From: Pavona decussata
Taxonomy: Eukaryota
Length of the DNA: 64,000 nucleotides
Assembly: GCA_977016875.1 (NCBI GenBank)
Contig: CDRNST010000144.1
Span: forward strand, 744,001 to 808,000
Direction of reading: 5' to 3'
Below, in pieces: positions 50,204 to 62,235 of this stretch. Made by a program: the position numbers and the translations under genes. Each line of letters starts with the position of its first letter. Position 1 is the stretch's first letter. The notes beneath the pieces are model-generated. The model did no database searches. It had not been told where the DNA came from and saw only the letters and a program-made list of their open reading frames with translations.

Positions 50204-53200
50204 ATGACTGAGGCGCTCAAATTACTATCGCTAAATGTAAGGGGCATAAGTAACTTTAAAAAAAGAAGAACAATTTTTACTTGGTGCCGGAAACGCGCAG
50301 ACATTTCTTTTCTGCAAGAAACCCATTCTACAGCAACAGCAGAAAATCAGTGGAAAAACGAATGGGGTGCAGAGCTCATTACTTGTCATGGCAGTTCAAA
50401 TTCCTGTGGTGTGGCAATTCTAATTAAGAAAGATGTTGATTGTACTATACACCAAAAAATTTTTGACCCTTTGGGACGCTATATTGTTCTAAAAGCTGAA
50501 ATCAAAGATAAGATGTATGTGCTCATAAATGTATACGCGCCAAACAAGGATAAAGATATTGTTGCCTTCCTCAACAAACTACTTATTACAGCACAAAATG
50601 AGGATCTAGATTGTGAAAGTAACATCATTATTGGAGGCGATTTTAACTGCCCCCTAAATCCTGCTATTGATAAGAAAGGTGGCATTCTCATTGAACGACA
50701 ATCCGTGACATCCTGTATCGATTGCTTGAAAAGTGAACTTGATTTAGAAGATATTTGGAGAATGAAAAACCCAGATACTAAGAGCTTCACATGGAGTAAA
50801 AAATCTCCTCGAATCTTTTGTCGTCTTGACTATTGGTTAATTTCGAATAACTTAACCGATTCGGTACAACTGACGGATATAATTCCAGCAATTAGAACAG
50901 ATCATGATGCGATCTTTTTAGAGATTGGCGGAAATCTTGATCATGTGGGTAGAGGACCAAGTTACTGGAAGTTGAATTGCTCTTTACTAGACGATGAAGA
51001 ATATATTAACAGTACAACCGAAATGATTCCAGTGTGGATTGCAGAAGGACGGGAAGAACTTTCCGACGATCGGTGTGTGTGGGAGTGGGTTAAATATAAT
51101 ATACGAGCTCATGCTATCCGTCACTCCGGTAGAAAGGCAAAGCAAAGAAAGGAAACGGAAACAAAACTCCAAAATGAACTAAACGTAACAAAGCAAGCTT
51201 TCGAAAGCAACCCTAGTGATTCTAATGCTACTTTGTTTGATGTTGCTCAGAAAGAACTAGAATATTTTTATGAAAAAAAAACCAAAGGAATCATTGTACG
51301 CGCACGTGCTAGATGGCACGAATACGGCGAGAAGAGTACAAAGTACTTCTTAAATTTAGAAAAGAGAAATCACGTCAAGAAGCACATACGTAAATTGTAT
51401 GTAAACAACGAAATTAAAACAAATCCACTCTGCATACTAAATGAGGTAGAACAATTTTACTGCGACTTGTACAAAAGTAAAAACAATCGTCCGGATATTG
51501 AAAATGAAATAGATTCCTTTTTAAATAATTTAAATATACCCAAACTCTCTGAAGAACAGAAAATTTCCTGTGAAGGTAAAATCACTTCAGAGGAATGTTT
51601 TCGTCTTCTTGATACCTTTCAAACTAACAAATCTCCAGGAAACGATGGAATTCCAATTGAATTTTATAAAAAATTCTGGCCTTTAATCAATGATTGCTTC
51701 ATAAGGTGTGCAAATGAATGTTTTGAGAAAGGGGAGTTGTCCCATTCTCAAAAGCGTGCGATTATCACGCTTATTGAGAAAAAAGGAAAAGATCGTTCTC
51801 TTATTGAAAACTGGCGCCCCATTTCTCTTGTGAACGTTGATGCAAAAATATTGTCTTAGGTAATTGCATCGAGATTAAAAAATGTTTTGCCTTATATCAT
51901 TCATCATAATCAAACAGGGTATATTAAAGATCGTTTCATAGGTGAAACCATCCGTTCCATCTATGACATTATGGATTGGACTGCCAACAAAAACATTCCC
52001 GGCTTAATGATCTTCATTGATTTCCAAAAGGCATTTGATAGCATTGAATGGGATTTCCTTTTTAAATGTATTGAAGCCTTCAATTTTGGTTCTGATTTTC
52101 TTCGCTGGGTAAAACTGTTCTACAACAAAGTACAAAGCTGTATTATGAACAACGGCATAATTTCAAAATCCTTTCAACTTGAGCGAGGTGTCAGACAGGG
52201 TGATCCTCTTTCTCCCTATCTTTTCATTGTAGCGGTGGAAACGCTAGCTATTACCATTCGTCAAAATCCAGCTATAAAGGGTATTACCATTGGGAAAGAA
52301 GAGACAAAATTGTTACAATACGCAGATGACACAACAGCAGTACTCGCTGACACCAACTCAGCCACGGTACTTTTTCAACTGCTGGATTTATTCAAAAATA
52401 TCTCAGGACTCAAGATCAATAGCACAAAAACCGAGGGTTTGCGGATTGGCTCTTCTAAAGGAAATAAAGCAAAACTGTTAGGCATTAAATGGCCAAATGA
52501 GCCGATAAAAGCCCTGGGGGTGTATTTCACGTATGATCCAAAATTACTGAAAGAAAAGAATTTTATTGAGCGATTAGATAGCATTAAAAAACTTATTAAT
52601 ATTTGGTCCTCAAGAGGTTTATCTGTCTATGGTAAGGTGACAATAATCAAATCCTTCCTTGTTCCAAAGTTTGTTTATGTGTGCTCGGTACTACCTACAC
52701 CTAACGAATTAGTGAAACAATTGAATCAACTGTTATTTAAATTCCTTTGGAATGGCACGGATAAGGTAACACGCGTTTCGGTAATAAATGAATACGAGGA
52801 AGGTGGATTAAAAATGATCAATTTAGATTGCATGATAAAGTCCTTAAGGCTGGCATGGTTAAAGCGTATTTTTGAAGGTCAGAATGGAACGTGGAAAACC
52901 TACCTACAGCACTTGCTAGAACCGATGGGAGGTTTTTTCTTCTTAAATTGTAACTATGATATTAAGGATTACAAAATCTCTTCTAAGTTTTATTGTGAAC
53001 TACTTTCTTGGTGGTCAGATTTTCGTGACTCTTTTGCCTCTCAGAGAGACTGGCAAAATGTTATTTGGAATAATAAAGAAATTCACATTGACAGAAGACC
53101 AGTTTTCTACAAAAATTATTTCATGGCAGGATTGATCTTTACTCAAGATCTACTTTTCAGTTTAAATATAGAAGACTCTTTTTGCCACTGGTCGCATAAG

Positions 53201-53926
53201 ATTTCCAAAACTAACTTTTTGCAATGGGCTGGCCTTCGACATTCAATACCTTCTTCTTTAAAAATTACTTCTCCCTGTCCATCTACAGCCTCTCCATTAT
53301 TTTCAATTGATGACAACATCTTTGATGTCACAAAAAAGAAATCAAAGGACTATTACTCATTACTTGCACGCAAAAAAGCACAGCCTCCTAATATCGTTCG
53401 TAAATCGCAGAATGATTTTAATTTTTCGTTTGATCAGCTGAGAGAAATCTTCACTCTGCCACATTCTGTTGTGCTTGAATCATACGTAAAAGGTTTTCAG
53501 TTTAAAGTGATCAACTCTATTTTATACACAAATTCTAAATTATATAAAATAGGCTTCAAAACGGATGATCTGTGCTCGTTTTGCAAGGCAGAATCTGAAA
53601 CCTTACACCACCTTTTGTATCAGTGTCCCTTTGTTAGACAGTTTTGGAATGATTTTCAAGATTACTGGCACCAACTCTCAAATCAGCAAATTCGTCTTAC
53701 TTTTCAAGATGTTTTATTTGGAATTATAACTAAACCATGCCCTTTACTTAACCTACTGAATTATTTTATAATAATTGGGAAACTGTTTCTATGGGACTGC
53801 ATAAGAACCCAGATTCGACCCAAAATCCAAGGATTTCAAAGTAAAATAGTCATAAAATATGAAACCGAAAGAAAGATCAATAACACAAAATTCTTTAAGA
53901 AAAAGTGGGTACTATCCCCAGTTTAA
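50204..53926 (+). pseudogene. L1 ORF2: APE endonuclease, reverse transcriptase and C-terminal zinc finger, with a single in-frame TAG at 51857-51859
   Basis: SLNVRG, LQETH, GGDFN, RLDYW, TDH; KSPGNDG, WRPISLVN, DFQKAFD, GVRQGDPLSP, QYADD; CSFC...HLLYQC. The two ORF pieces are in the same frame. Confidence 0.95.
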
Positions 53927-54193
53927 TGTGAAGAATTACATTACACAAACTTTTGTGTGGTATTTTCATTCATAAGTGCAACTGTAACCTATTGTAAGTC
54001 TCTTTTTTTTTTCTTACTTCGTTAGTAACAACTTTTAATTTAATTTTAATATTGCAACTATTGGTGACTGTATATTGTAAGTGTTAGTAGTAAGTATTGT
54101 TTCTATTATGATAGTATTAGTAGTAAATTTGAGTGAATTGTAATTCGTTGTAAGTCTAAAAAATAGTCATACCTTGTTAGTAGAAGAATTTAA

Positions 54194-54341
54194 NNNNNNN
54201 NNNNNNNNNNNNNNNNNNNNNNNNNNNNNNNNNNNNNNNNNNNNNNNNNNNNNNNNNNNNNNNNNNNNNNNNNNNNNNNNNNNNNNNNNNNNNNNNNNNN
54301 NNNNNNNNNNNNNNNNNNNNNNNNNNNNNNNNNNNNNNNNN
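54194..54341. other. Assembly gap (N run) in the L1 3' UTR
   Basis: Run of N bases. Confidence 0.99.
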
Positions 54342-56019
54342 TATCTTAAGTTGGTATGGTTAGTATTGTAAGTAAAGTTTAGTATTCTATAGTTAATAAA
54401 AAAAAAAAATAAAAAAAAAAAAAAACTGTGTGTGCTGTCCAGGAATCATGAAGGTTTAACCAAGTGTGTAACCAGTCTGCAACAAAGACTGTCGCAAAAA
54501 ATAAAGTGAAATCCTGGGTCTAAGATTGTCCGTTGTCTACATTGCAACAGAGCAATGCTTGTAAATAACATTAATTTTCATCTGGAAAAAAAGGACCAAC
54601 ACTTTCCAGTAACAGGGCTTCCGAAAATTGTGGGGAACTATCTTCGAGAGGCCAATTTTCAATACAAGGACAATATTGACGGCTTAACCGAGAAATCATT
54701 ATTGCTGAAAAATGTACATTTTGAGCTTTCTCAGAATAAGAAACTTGTTGTAAATATGAAAAGCCACACCTCATCTTCACAGCAAAAGTGAGCAATTGCC
54801 TGGTAAAAACAAACTAATGCCGCAAGTTAGACAGACACTGGTGATGATTTAACACCGTCAAGTGCTCAAGAAAAATACGTGAAATAATGTTTACTTAAAC
54901 TTCGAAACTCCTTTTTTCCCAATTCCAATACCATTATTATACTTGAGGAGATACCACATGTCTCAGTCAAACAAGGACTCTTAGTCTCTGTTAATTCCTG
55001 TTAACTATGTACACAACTAACCAGACATAAACGTACATGACATAAAGGCAATCATATTACATAACTCTCTAGGTCTTTATTTTGTTGAACAGTGACACTG
55101 GTCAATTTACAGCAATAATTTTCTTAAATGCCATAAGAGTGCGAAATACATTTTTAAGAAAAACATCCACTGAAGAGTTTATAAGTATAATGTTACAAAT
55201 GTTGCAACACTGTTTACTTCACATGCTACAGCAGACAGAAGAAAAGACGTTATCTATGTAAGGTACATTTTCCGCTTGATCTGATTTAAAATACAGCAGA
55301 TGCTCGTCTCTAAGGTCAAATTCTGGTGTAGTAAATTCTGCGTGTTCATTCGATGAAATGTAACAATTGACAATGTAACCTGACATGAAAATTGATGACG
55401 CGTTTACAAATACCTTTCACTCTTTTGCTTCCTGCAGAATCTTAAACACTGTCTGGAGGATATCTATCCTATACCATATCCAGCATATACTGTACATATC
55501 ATTTTACTGATTTATTACGTATGCAAAGAAGACGTTCTTGCTGTATTCTTGGACAGCTCACCATCTAATGACAAAGTTTTAACACTAAGCGTTCTTCAAT
55601 TCTTTCTTTTTCCTTCTTTTCTCTTTTTTCACCTCGTCCTTCTCCATGTTCTCATCGTCACTGTCAACGTCGCCCTTCCTCTTCTCCGAAGGTCTCATAA
55701 TTCCTCTCCTCCATTTTTTTCCTCTCCTGATGTCATTCTTCGATAGCTAGACAGATACAGACAGGTATCACCATTCTGATGCCCTTCCAGTCATCTTTAG
55801 AAAACTGGGCGTTGTTGAAGGCATAAAATAAAAAAAAATAAATTGACAAAAAGGTTCAGAATCGTGATTATTCAAATACCAAAAAAGTAAACTTTAAAAA
55901 CTACAAAAGCGGTGAACGAAGATCCTGCTTGCTTTTACAGTGGATCTCACAGGAGATCTATTCAGCCAAACTTAAAAAAAGACAATAAGAACCCCAAGGA
56001 CTACTACAAGGCTGAGACA

Positions 56020-56790
56020 GCATAATATTTAGTGGCAAGAGGATATCGTGAACGATTTTTGGGGGCACAGATAAGGTAAGCTATGTCTAAAACTAAGGAG
56101 GAGGCATTAACACCTCGATCTGCAAACAACAACACGTGAATTCCTATGGTGGTGACATACCATCCTACTCTACCTAATATTGGTGGTAACCTAAGAGACC
56201 TTCAACCACTTCTGCAATGCTCTGGCAAAATAAATGTAGAAAAGCAGTGCAGGGCGTACCCATGGTGGCATTCTGGAGACTCAAAAGTCTAGGAGACTAT
56301 CTTGTTCATGCAAAACTGAAACTATCACATCCTCAAGGGTGCAAACCACCGGAAACTGTTAAATGTGGGGGGGGGGGGGGGGGTAGACGCCGTCAGGTCT
56401 GCAATCATCCCACCACAGGGGACAGTTTCGCATCAAAAAAGACCTATTTAATCAATTATGAACTAAATTGTAATTCTAATGTTATCTATTTATTGAGTTG
56501 TAAAGTGTGTGGCATTAGTACATAAGATCAACCAGTACTAAGTTCTGTTTGTATTTCAATAATCATAGAAGCCGTATTAGAACACATTCGAGACTCTCAG
56601 TTAATGAGAAATTAAGAGACGATCTTACTTACCAACATTTTAAAAGCCCAGGCAACAATGACCTTGATGATAAACCCATGCAACTGAAAGACAGGGTGGC
56701 AATAAAAAGATCTACTTGAATGGAAGGGCAGTGGCCATATAGGCTTAAATGCCTAAGGCCCAATGGACTCAATGAAAGTAATATTTTTTA
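56020..56790 (+). mobile_element. Penelope-like element fragment (RT C-terminus/linker plus GIY-YIG endonuclease)
   Basis: IPMVVTYHPTLPNI, PMVAF.RLKSLGDYLVHAKL, LNCNSNVIYLLSCKVCGI*YI.ST...FNNHRSRI, L.CLRPNGLN. Confidence 0.85.
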
Positions 56791-58519
56791 TACTCTACAC
56801 GAGTGTGTAATTACTAAATGTTGAGTCTCATAAAACTGTATTGTTTTTTCTGAGTGCAACTTTTTGACTGACTTTTTCTATTCCACGAACACGCTCTTGC
56901 ACTTTACTTACATAAACATTTGAATGGCTATTTATTTTAACCTGTGTTACTGCTACTATTCTTTACCTCAAACTATCGTACATTTATAAATAAATTTAAT
57001 AGATCAGAGAAAGAAATAACTGCTGTTATGTTAATATAATTATGCGTGTACCTTGAGGGCTGAGAAAAAAGAATACTATCGTTGCTCTCTGATGGCTGAG
57101 AGCTAGCCCAAAATTATCATTTACAGTATGTAGAACAATCCAAAACCAATTCACCACATGCAACACAAACATCCAAGGTAAACTGGCCTTGTCAAAACTT
57201 TCATCGACTTTATACCTCCCTGGGTAACACTAGTGATGTGGAAACCGAACCTTTGTTGTTATTGCACTTTATAAAAACCCACGTCACTGGAGAAATTTCA
57301 CATGGCCATCAGAGAATGTTCACCTTTCTGTATCTCCTTCGCTGGCTGCACGACAGCAAACTGACGCTGGACATCCTCTTAAAGATCTTTGAAAAATTAG
57401 AAGACGTTCGTTTTATTTTTTAGATAAACCTTGCTAAAAAAGGCAACTTTATTATTTTACAGCCATTTTACATTATGATGCGATTATGTAATCATGCATA
57501 CTATATCAATAAAATATTACTTGGTTTTTACTTACCTTTAGGATGGGCGGATACCACCAACACTATTTTTGCAACAAGACAACTGCTATTGTGAATATAA
57601 AAATAAATACATCATGGCCTTTGCAGCATATCTGGTACACAAGGGAATTTTCAGAGGTATCTTCCTATTCATTTTCCGCTAACATTAAAACTGCACTCCT
57701 TTTGAGATGTATCTTTCATACCTTAGGGTTGGGCACCCCCATGAGGATATTGATCAAGTGAGGATGTTTAGATTATTTCAACATCAAAAATACTCATTAT
57801 TTATTAAGATTGTTTTAATTTGTTCTATTGGATTTTCGTGTATTTAACTATTTTACACAGATGTTCAGCAGAATAGCCCAATCGCTTCACTGTCACTCTG
57901 TTGTGAAACATATGCTTGCATAGTTAGGTGATAGACAGAAATAATAATGATTGATTGTAACAAGGAATAAACGGCAAATTGGGAAGAATCATTGGAATAT
58001 CCGGTCACGTGGGTGAATGTGTTAACAGTTCGTGTCATGAATACAGGGTGTGACAGACATTTGATTGTATTAGTCTCGGTTAATTAAAATAACTACAATG
58101 GACTTGCAATGTACCAAAGGGGTGTGTACTTCCAGAAAAGGTAGATAAATAGGAGCAATATTGTAAGAGTAGATTAGATTGCAAGATTGTACAACGGATC
58201 CTGAATAAAGGAGCGTGAAAGATACAGTCCTCAGTTTTGTTCAGTGCACCAGCGGACTGCTGAGATTTTCTGTGAGATTTCCGCAACACACTCTGCAATG
58301 ACAATTCCAGAAATAAAGGAAGGTAACAACAACCTGTTACAGTCCCTCTCCAAGCAGAGCCAGAGCAAGTTGAATTCTTGTAATTCAGTGGATTGCAACT
58401 CATATAGAAGATGTAAAGCAATCTATTTAACCACGTTCATTTAAGGTTTCTTATAGGGAAGGAAGGTCGAATTTTTCTCAAATAATTTTTTTCAGATAAT
58501 TGTTGAAACAAGAAAGGGA

Positions 58520-59229
58520 TGCAAAGTTTCATGAAAACAGGCGTTAGAAATCTTAAAAAGTTCACGAGCTATCTGAAAAACAAAGTTTTGTGGGAAAAGT
58601 GGTCAGCGAGTGAAGGTGTCATAATCCAACTTGTGCGGGACTGTGTTGAGATATTACGGGGCAAAATTTACCCGCAGTCTCGAATTACCGGCAAATTTGC
58701 ATATTTTTGTTTACATCGGCGGCGTTGTATGTCCAATTTTACTGTGAAACAGCGTTCCATTTTGGATTCAAGCATTGCATAAAAGCTTGTTATGAAGAAA
58801 GCGAAACTAGAAAAGTCGCCTTGGGTGACAGTTCAGAATACACCAGGCCCAAAGAAGCCAAAAAACTTCAGCTGGCGGAGAGCGACAAGGGTTCTTGCTA
58901 CCACCAGTCAGATTTTCTATAACTGCCTCGGCAGCAGAGAAATTCGAGGACGAGAACTCAGATAGTGGAAAGTCGAACATCAGTTCCAAGTCCGAAATCG
59001 AAGATGCCGGCGACAATCCAGGCACTTTCGCCATTGTTGACCGGCTGAAAATAAGCAGCGAACCAGCGAATGTCAGCGTGCAGCCTCGTGCACTGATAGC
59101 GGTGAGAAGTGCGTGTCTCGTGTCAACTCCGCTGGGGCTGCCAGTTTCATGTTCTGCGTCAATCTGACGTTTTCTTCTTTGTTTTGGTTTCGCCGGTGGG
59201 TTTCTCGCACCAGACTTACCTTTTCCCAT
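58520..59229 (-). pseudogene. First exon of an unknown gene, divergent from the Helitron-like gene
   Basis: ATG-initiated 140-aa ORF with an NLS-like KPKQRRKR and a CCAAT box near 59304. Further decayed minus-strand exon-like blocks occur at about 55.5-55.8 and 57.2-57.75 kb. Confidence 0.35.
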
Positions 59230-59924
59230 AAAGAAATCGCTTTACACTATTACAGTAACACTAAATGCTTACAGAACTCCCCAGGGAATGCTTCTTTCTG
59301 TTTGATTGGCCGGCGGCATGAGCACATTGACAAGTATTTTAATGAGGTGCAAAAACTCCGAAAATGTTTCAAGGCCTAAAACACGGCTTTTGTTTTAGCG
59401 CGAATTCCCCATTTTCAAATGAATTATAGGTTTTTTTATGTAGACTTGCCAGATTTTAACGAAATTTGGCCAAAATGGTCATCAGATATTAATGCATCAA
59501 AGTGTGTCACGCTTTCACGAAATTCAAAATATTTTTTCTGTGACGTGTTAACATCTGACGGGACTACAAAAACTTTCCATTGTTCATCTTTAGGATGGGT
59601 TTTCTCACAAACCAATAGGAATAAAGAAAAAGCCTGACACACTTTGTTAGCCTATTATCTCCTGATTGATATTGTACAGTCTGTTTGGTTGTGTGTCTAC
59701 GTGAGAGTGGGTAATTCAGTTAAGTACACGTCGCTAGTATTGAGTTTGCAGGCCTCTGAGCGCTTATGTATCCAGCAAAATAAAAAAACATTGATATTTT
59801 CGCAAACTTCAATTTATCAGCTTTACAGTGATAGATAGTTTTCCGTGGTTTTATCGAAAGCAGCGCGCGTAAGCTAGATTTCCCTTCAGGTTTAAGTTCT
59901 AAGGTCAAAACTTGAAAAAAGTTC

Positions 59925-61800
59925 ATGTCGCATGAAAACATACGAAACTGCTCGGTGGAGCAAGTTCCTGAAAGCAGAAGAAAGCTATCTCGGAAGATAA
60001 CCTGAAGACCATAGAAGCTGGCAATTGGCCTTTGTTAAGCGTTGGAAAACATTTCAATAGGAATGAGGGTGTGCAATCTGCAGACGCCAAGGAGCAACCC
60101 AAGAAGGAACAATTAAACAAGTTATTAAACAGACAATTACAGAGGAGTTATCACTTCCAGAAGGTTTGATTAAGTTTAATCAACAAACCTAATTATCAGA
60201 TTAAAAACACGAATTCTTCGTTTTCAAGGCGCATGAGCAAAACTATAATCAATGTATAGAGAATAATTTTACGATCATTTTAGTGCAAGAATGGTAAATT
60301 TTGGATAAAACTAGAGAGAATTAATGCCTTTCCGATCTTTTGACTAAGTTTACAAATATATTTAATTAGCAGATTCAATAATTCAAAATTCATTTTTTCA
60401 GGGGTCTCAGCAAAAGTATTATCAACGTACAGAGAATAATTTTACCATGACTTCAGTGCAACAACCAGGAATTTTGACAAAAATGAGGAGAAGTTATGAG
60501 TGTTTAATGTTCTGCAATACTTTTAACAAAAAAGGTAAGGACCACATGGACCGGATTGGCGGATTACCGGATTACGTATGCGTATATAACACATGCGCAA
60601 AATGGTTTTTACTGTATATAAGATATGTAGAGTACTATTTTCATATGTGAATAGTAATTTTTTGAGTCAAAAAATGCTACCCTTAAGACACTTTGCATAT
60701 TTTTACAGACATTACTTTGTTACAAATTTCTTTGCTGGATTAAAAAAATTCTTGCTTATTGATAATATGCAACAAGAGAGGTTTCCATAGGCAATAAGTA
60801 TTCATTAATCGTTTATGTTCTGAGAAAAAACAACACTGTTTTTGATAAATCTTTGTTCCTTTAGAGATGCCTGAAACGTGGTCAGAGACTAAATCTCGAC
60901 GTTTCTGGAAATTGCGCAATTTTTGTGCCGTAATGACACTAGGAATGCAAAATTCTCTGCTTTCAAAGCTGATTGTGAACGTTGTTCAGAACGTTTAGAA
61001 AAATAATAACCGGATTTTGATGAAAAGTTTAAACAGAAACTTGCTCATGAAAATGCCGAGCAATGGTTTTATGATTCACGGCAGTTGAACGTATTGTGAG
61101 CCATGTAAGAGGCTCATGGAATTAAAATTATTCTCTTGTTTTTCAGGGGCCAGTCGTGAAAACGGTCAAAACGTGCCAATGCATGAAGAATAGGTATACA
61201 GTACCTAGATACGAGAATGTACATGATTGATTAAAGAATCTCAGCCATAAAGAAATTATTGTCTTGCGACCTGTTGACATTCACATAGGCGAACGGCTAT
61301 AGGCAGAAGACAGATAAATTTTGTGTAACCTGGAGGACCAATAGATCAGTAGAATTGACAATGATGAAAGTAGAGACCACTGTCAAGAGGCTTATGACTT
61401 CTTGACGTCAGAATACAAGAGTTCGCACTCTAGGTTTATTCGAAAGCAAGAAATTGAAAAGCAGACTGGTAAACAACTTCTTTTACGACTACACGCCACG
61501 CAAAGGCCTAGAATGCACTTTATGGCCCCATTTGTATCCTTTCCAAGCTTGGTGTGAAACTAGTCTCGATGGGAGAGAGTCATTTGAGCAGTAAGGTGTC
61601 CTTCATGTATAAGGTCATTTCAGAGATAGCCGACTGTAGTATGGGTTACAAGTTGTTATACTTTCACTACGACTTGTGGTTGTGGCTAACTGTAACTGGT
61701 GCAATAGCAGCTGGCTGGAAAATGAAATGTTCTCCAGACAGAGCTTTGGAAACAAAGCCGTTTTCCAGTGAGTTCCTGGCGTTTGAAACAATATATCCCA
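59925..61800 (+). pseudogene. Helitron-like Rep(/helicase) N-terminal region, spliced, truncated before the HUH core
   Basis: Exons at about 59925-60163, 60402-60534 and 60865-61800. Motifs: YCEPCK...CQCMKNRYTVP..., LRPVDIH.G...GYRQK, AYDFL, LECTLWPHLYPFQAWCETSLDG...SSKVSFMYKV...LLYFHYDLWLW.TVTGAI. I recall these from divergent Rep-Pif1 proteins; this is unverified. Confidence 0.55.
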
Positions 61801-62159
61801 TTCGTTATCAGCCAAATAGGTTTTGTAGAGCGAAGGGTCATTTTTGTTTTATATTGAACGCAATTTGGGATATTGGCCGAATTGATGTCTCTCGTCATAA
61901 ACCCAACAGAATTCGGCCGTTATTAAAGTCAATGGGATAACAGGTGAGTTTCGTGTCATTCATCTAGGTTACACTAGTGACCCTATTGGTACAATTTGCT
62001 TGGGGGACTCACAAGTATGTCTGCAAAGCATCAGCGATTGATTCACTAGTTCATTTCGAGGAGATAAGACAAGATGTTGATTCTTATGTCACTCCGCTCT
62101 GCTCCTATACAAATTCTTTTTTTTTTGGGTCGCTCCAAAAAGCAATACCATAAAGATTT

Positions 62160-62235
62160 GAGTAAACGCCGCGGCGTTTATTACATTTTTGGCACTTAAG
62201 ATATGTCATTTATTCGAGGGCGGCATTTATTGCAA
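62160..62235. mobile_element. MITE fragment
   Basis: Palindrome taaacgccgcggcgttta and ttattcgagggcggcatttatt. Confidence 0.45.

Larger units (their letters stand above)
48887..54422 (+). mobile_element. Full-length L1/Tx1-clade LINE with poly(A) tail and 12-bp TSD
   Basis: TSD AAACTGTGTGTG at 48875-48886 and 54423-54434. Contains 5' UTR, ORF1, a T-rich spacer, ORF2, and a 3' UTR with AATAAA and poly(A). Confidence 0.95.
48560..54791 (+). pseudogene. RPA1-like OB-fold/Zn-ribbon ssDNA-binding protein gene split by an L1 insertion
   Basis: Before the L1: EIEITDPTGTINLSVWDSHIQQIKGEKFYTVTSCKLKQYFGNRL (OB-fold D.TG.I...W motif). After the L1: CCP...PVCNKDCRKK....GSKIVRCLHCNRAMLV...FPVTGLPKIV (C4 zinc ribbon within an OB fold). 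Confidence 0.75.

Noticed and set aside
61105-61146. Apparent 42-nt GT-AG intron
   Set aside because: It reads through as coding sequence that completes a CxxC motif (YCEPCKRL), so it is probably not an intron.
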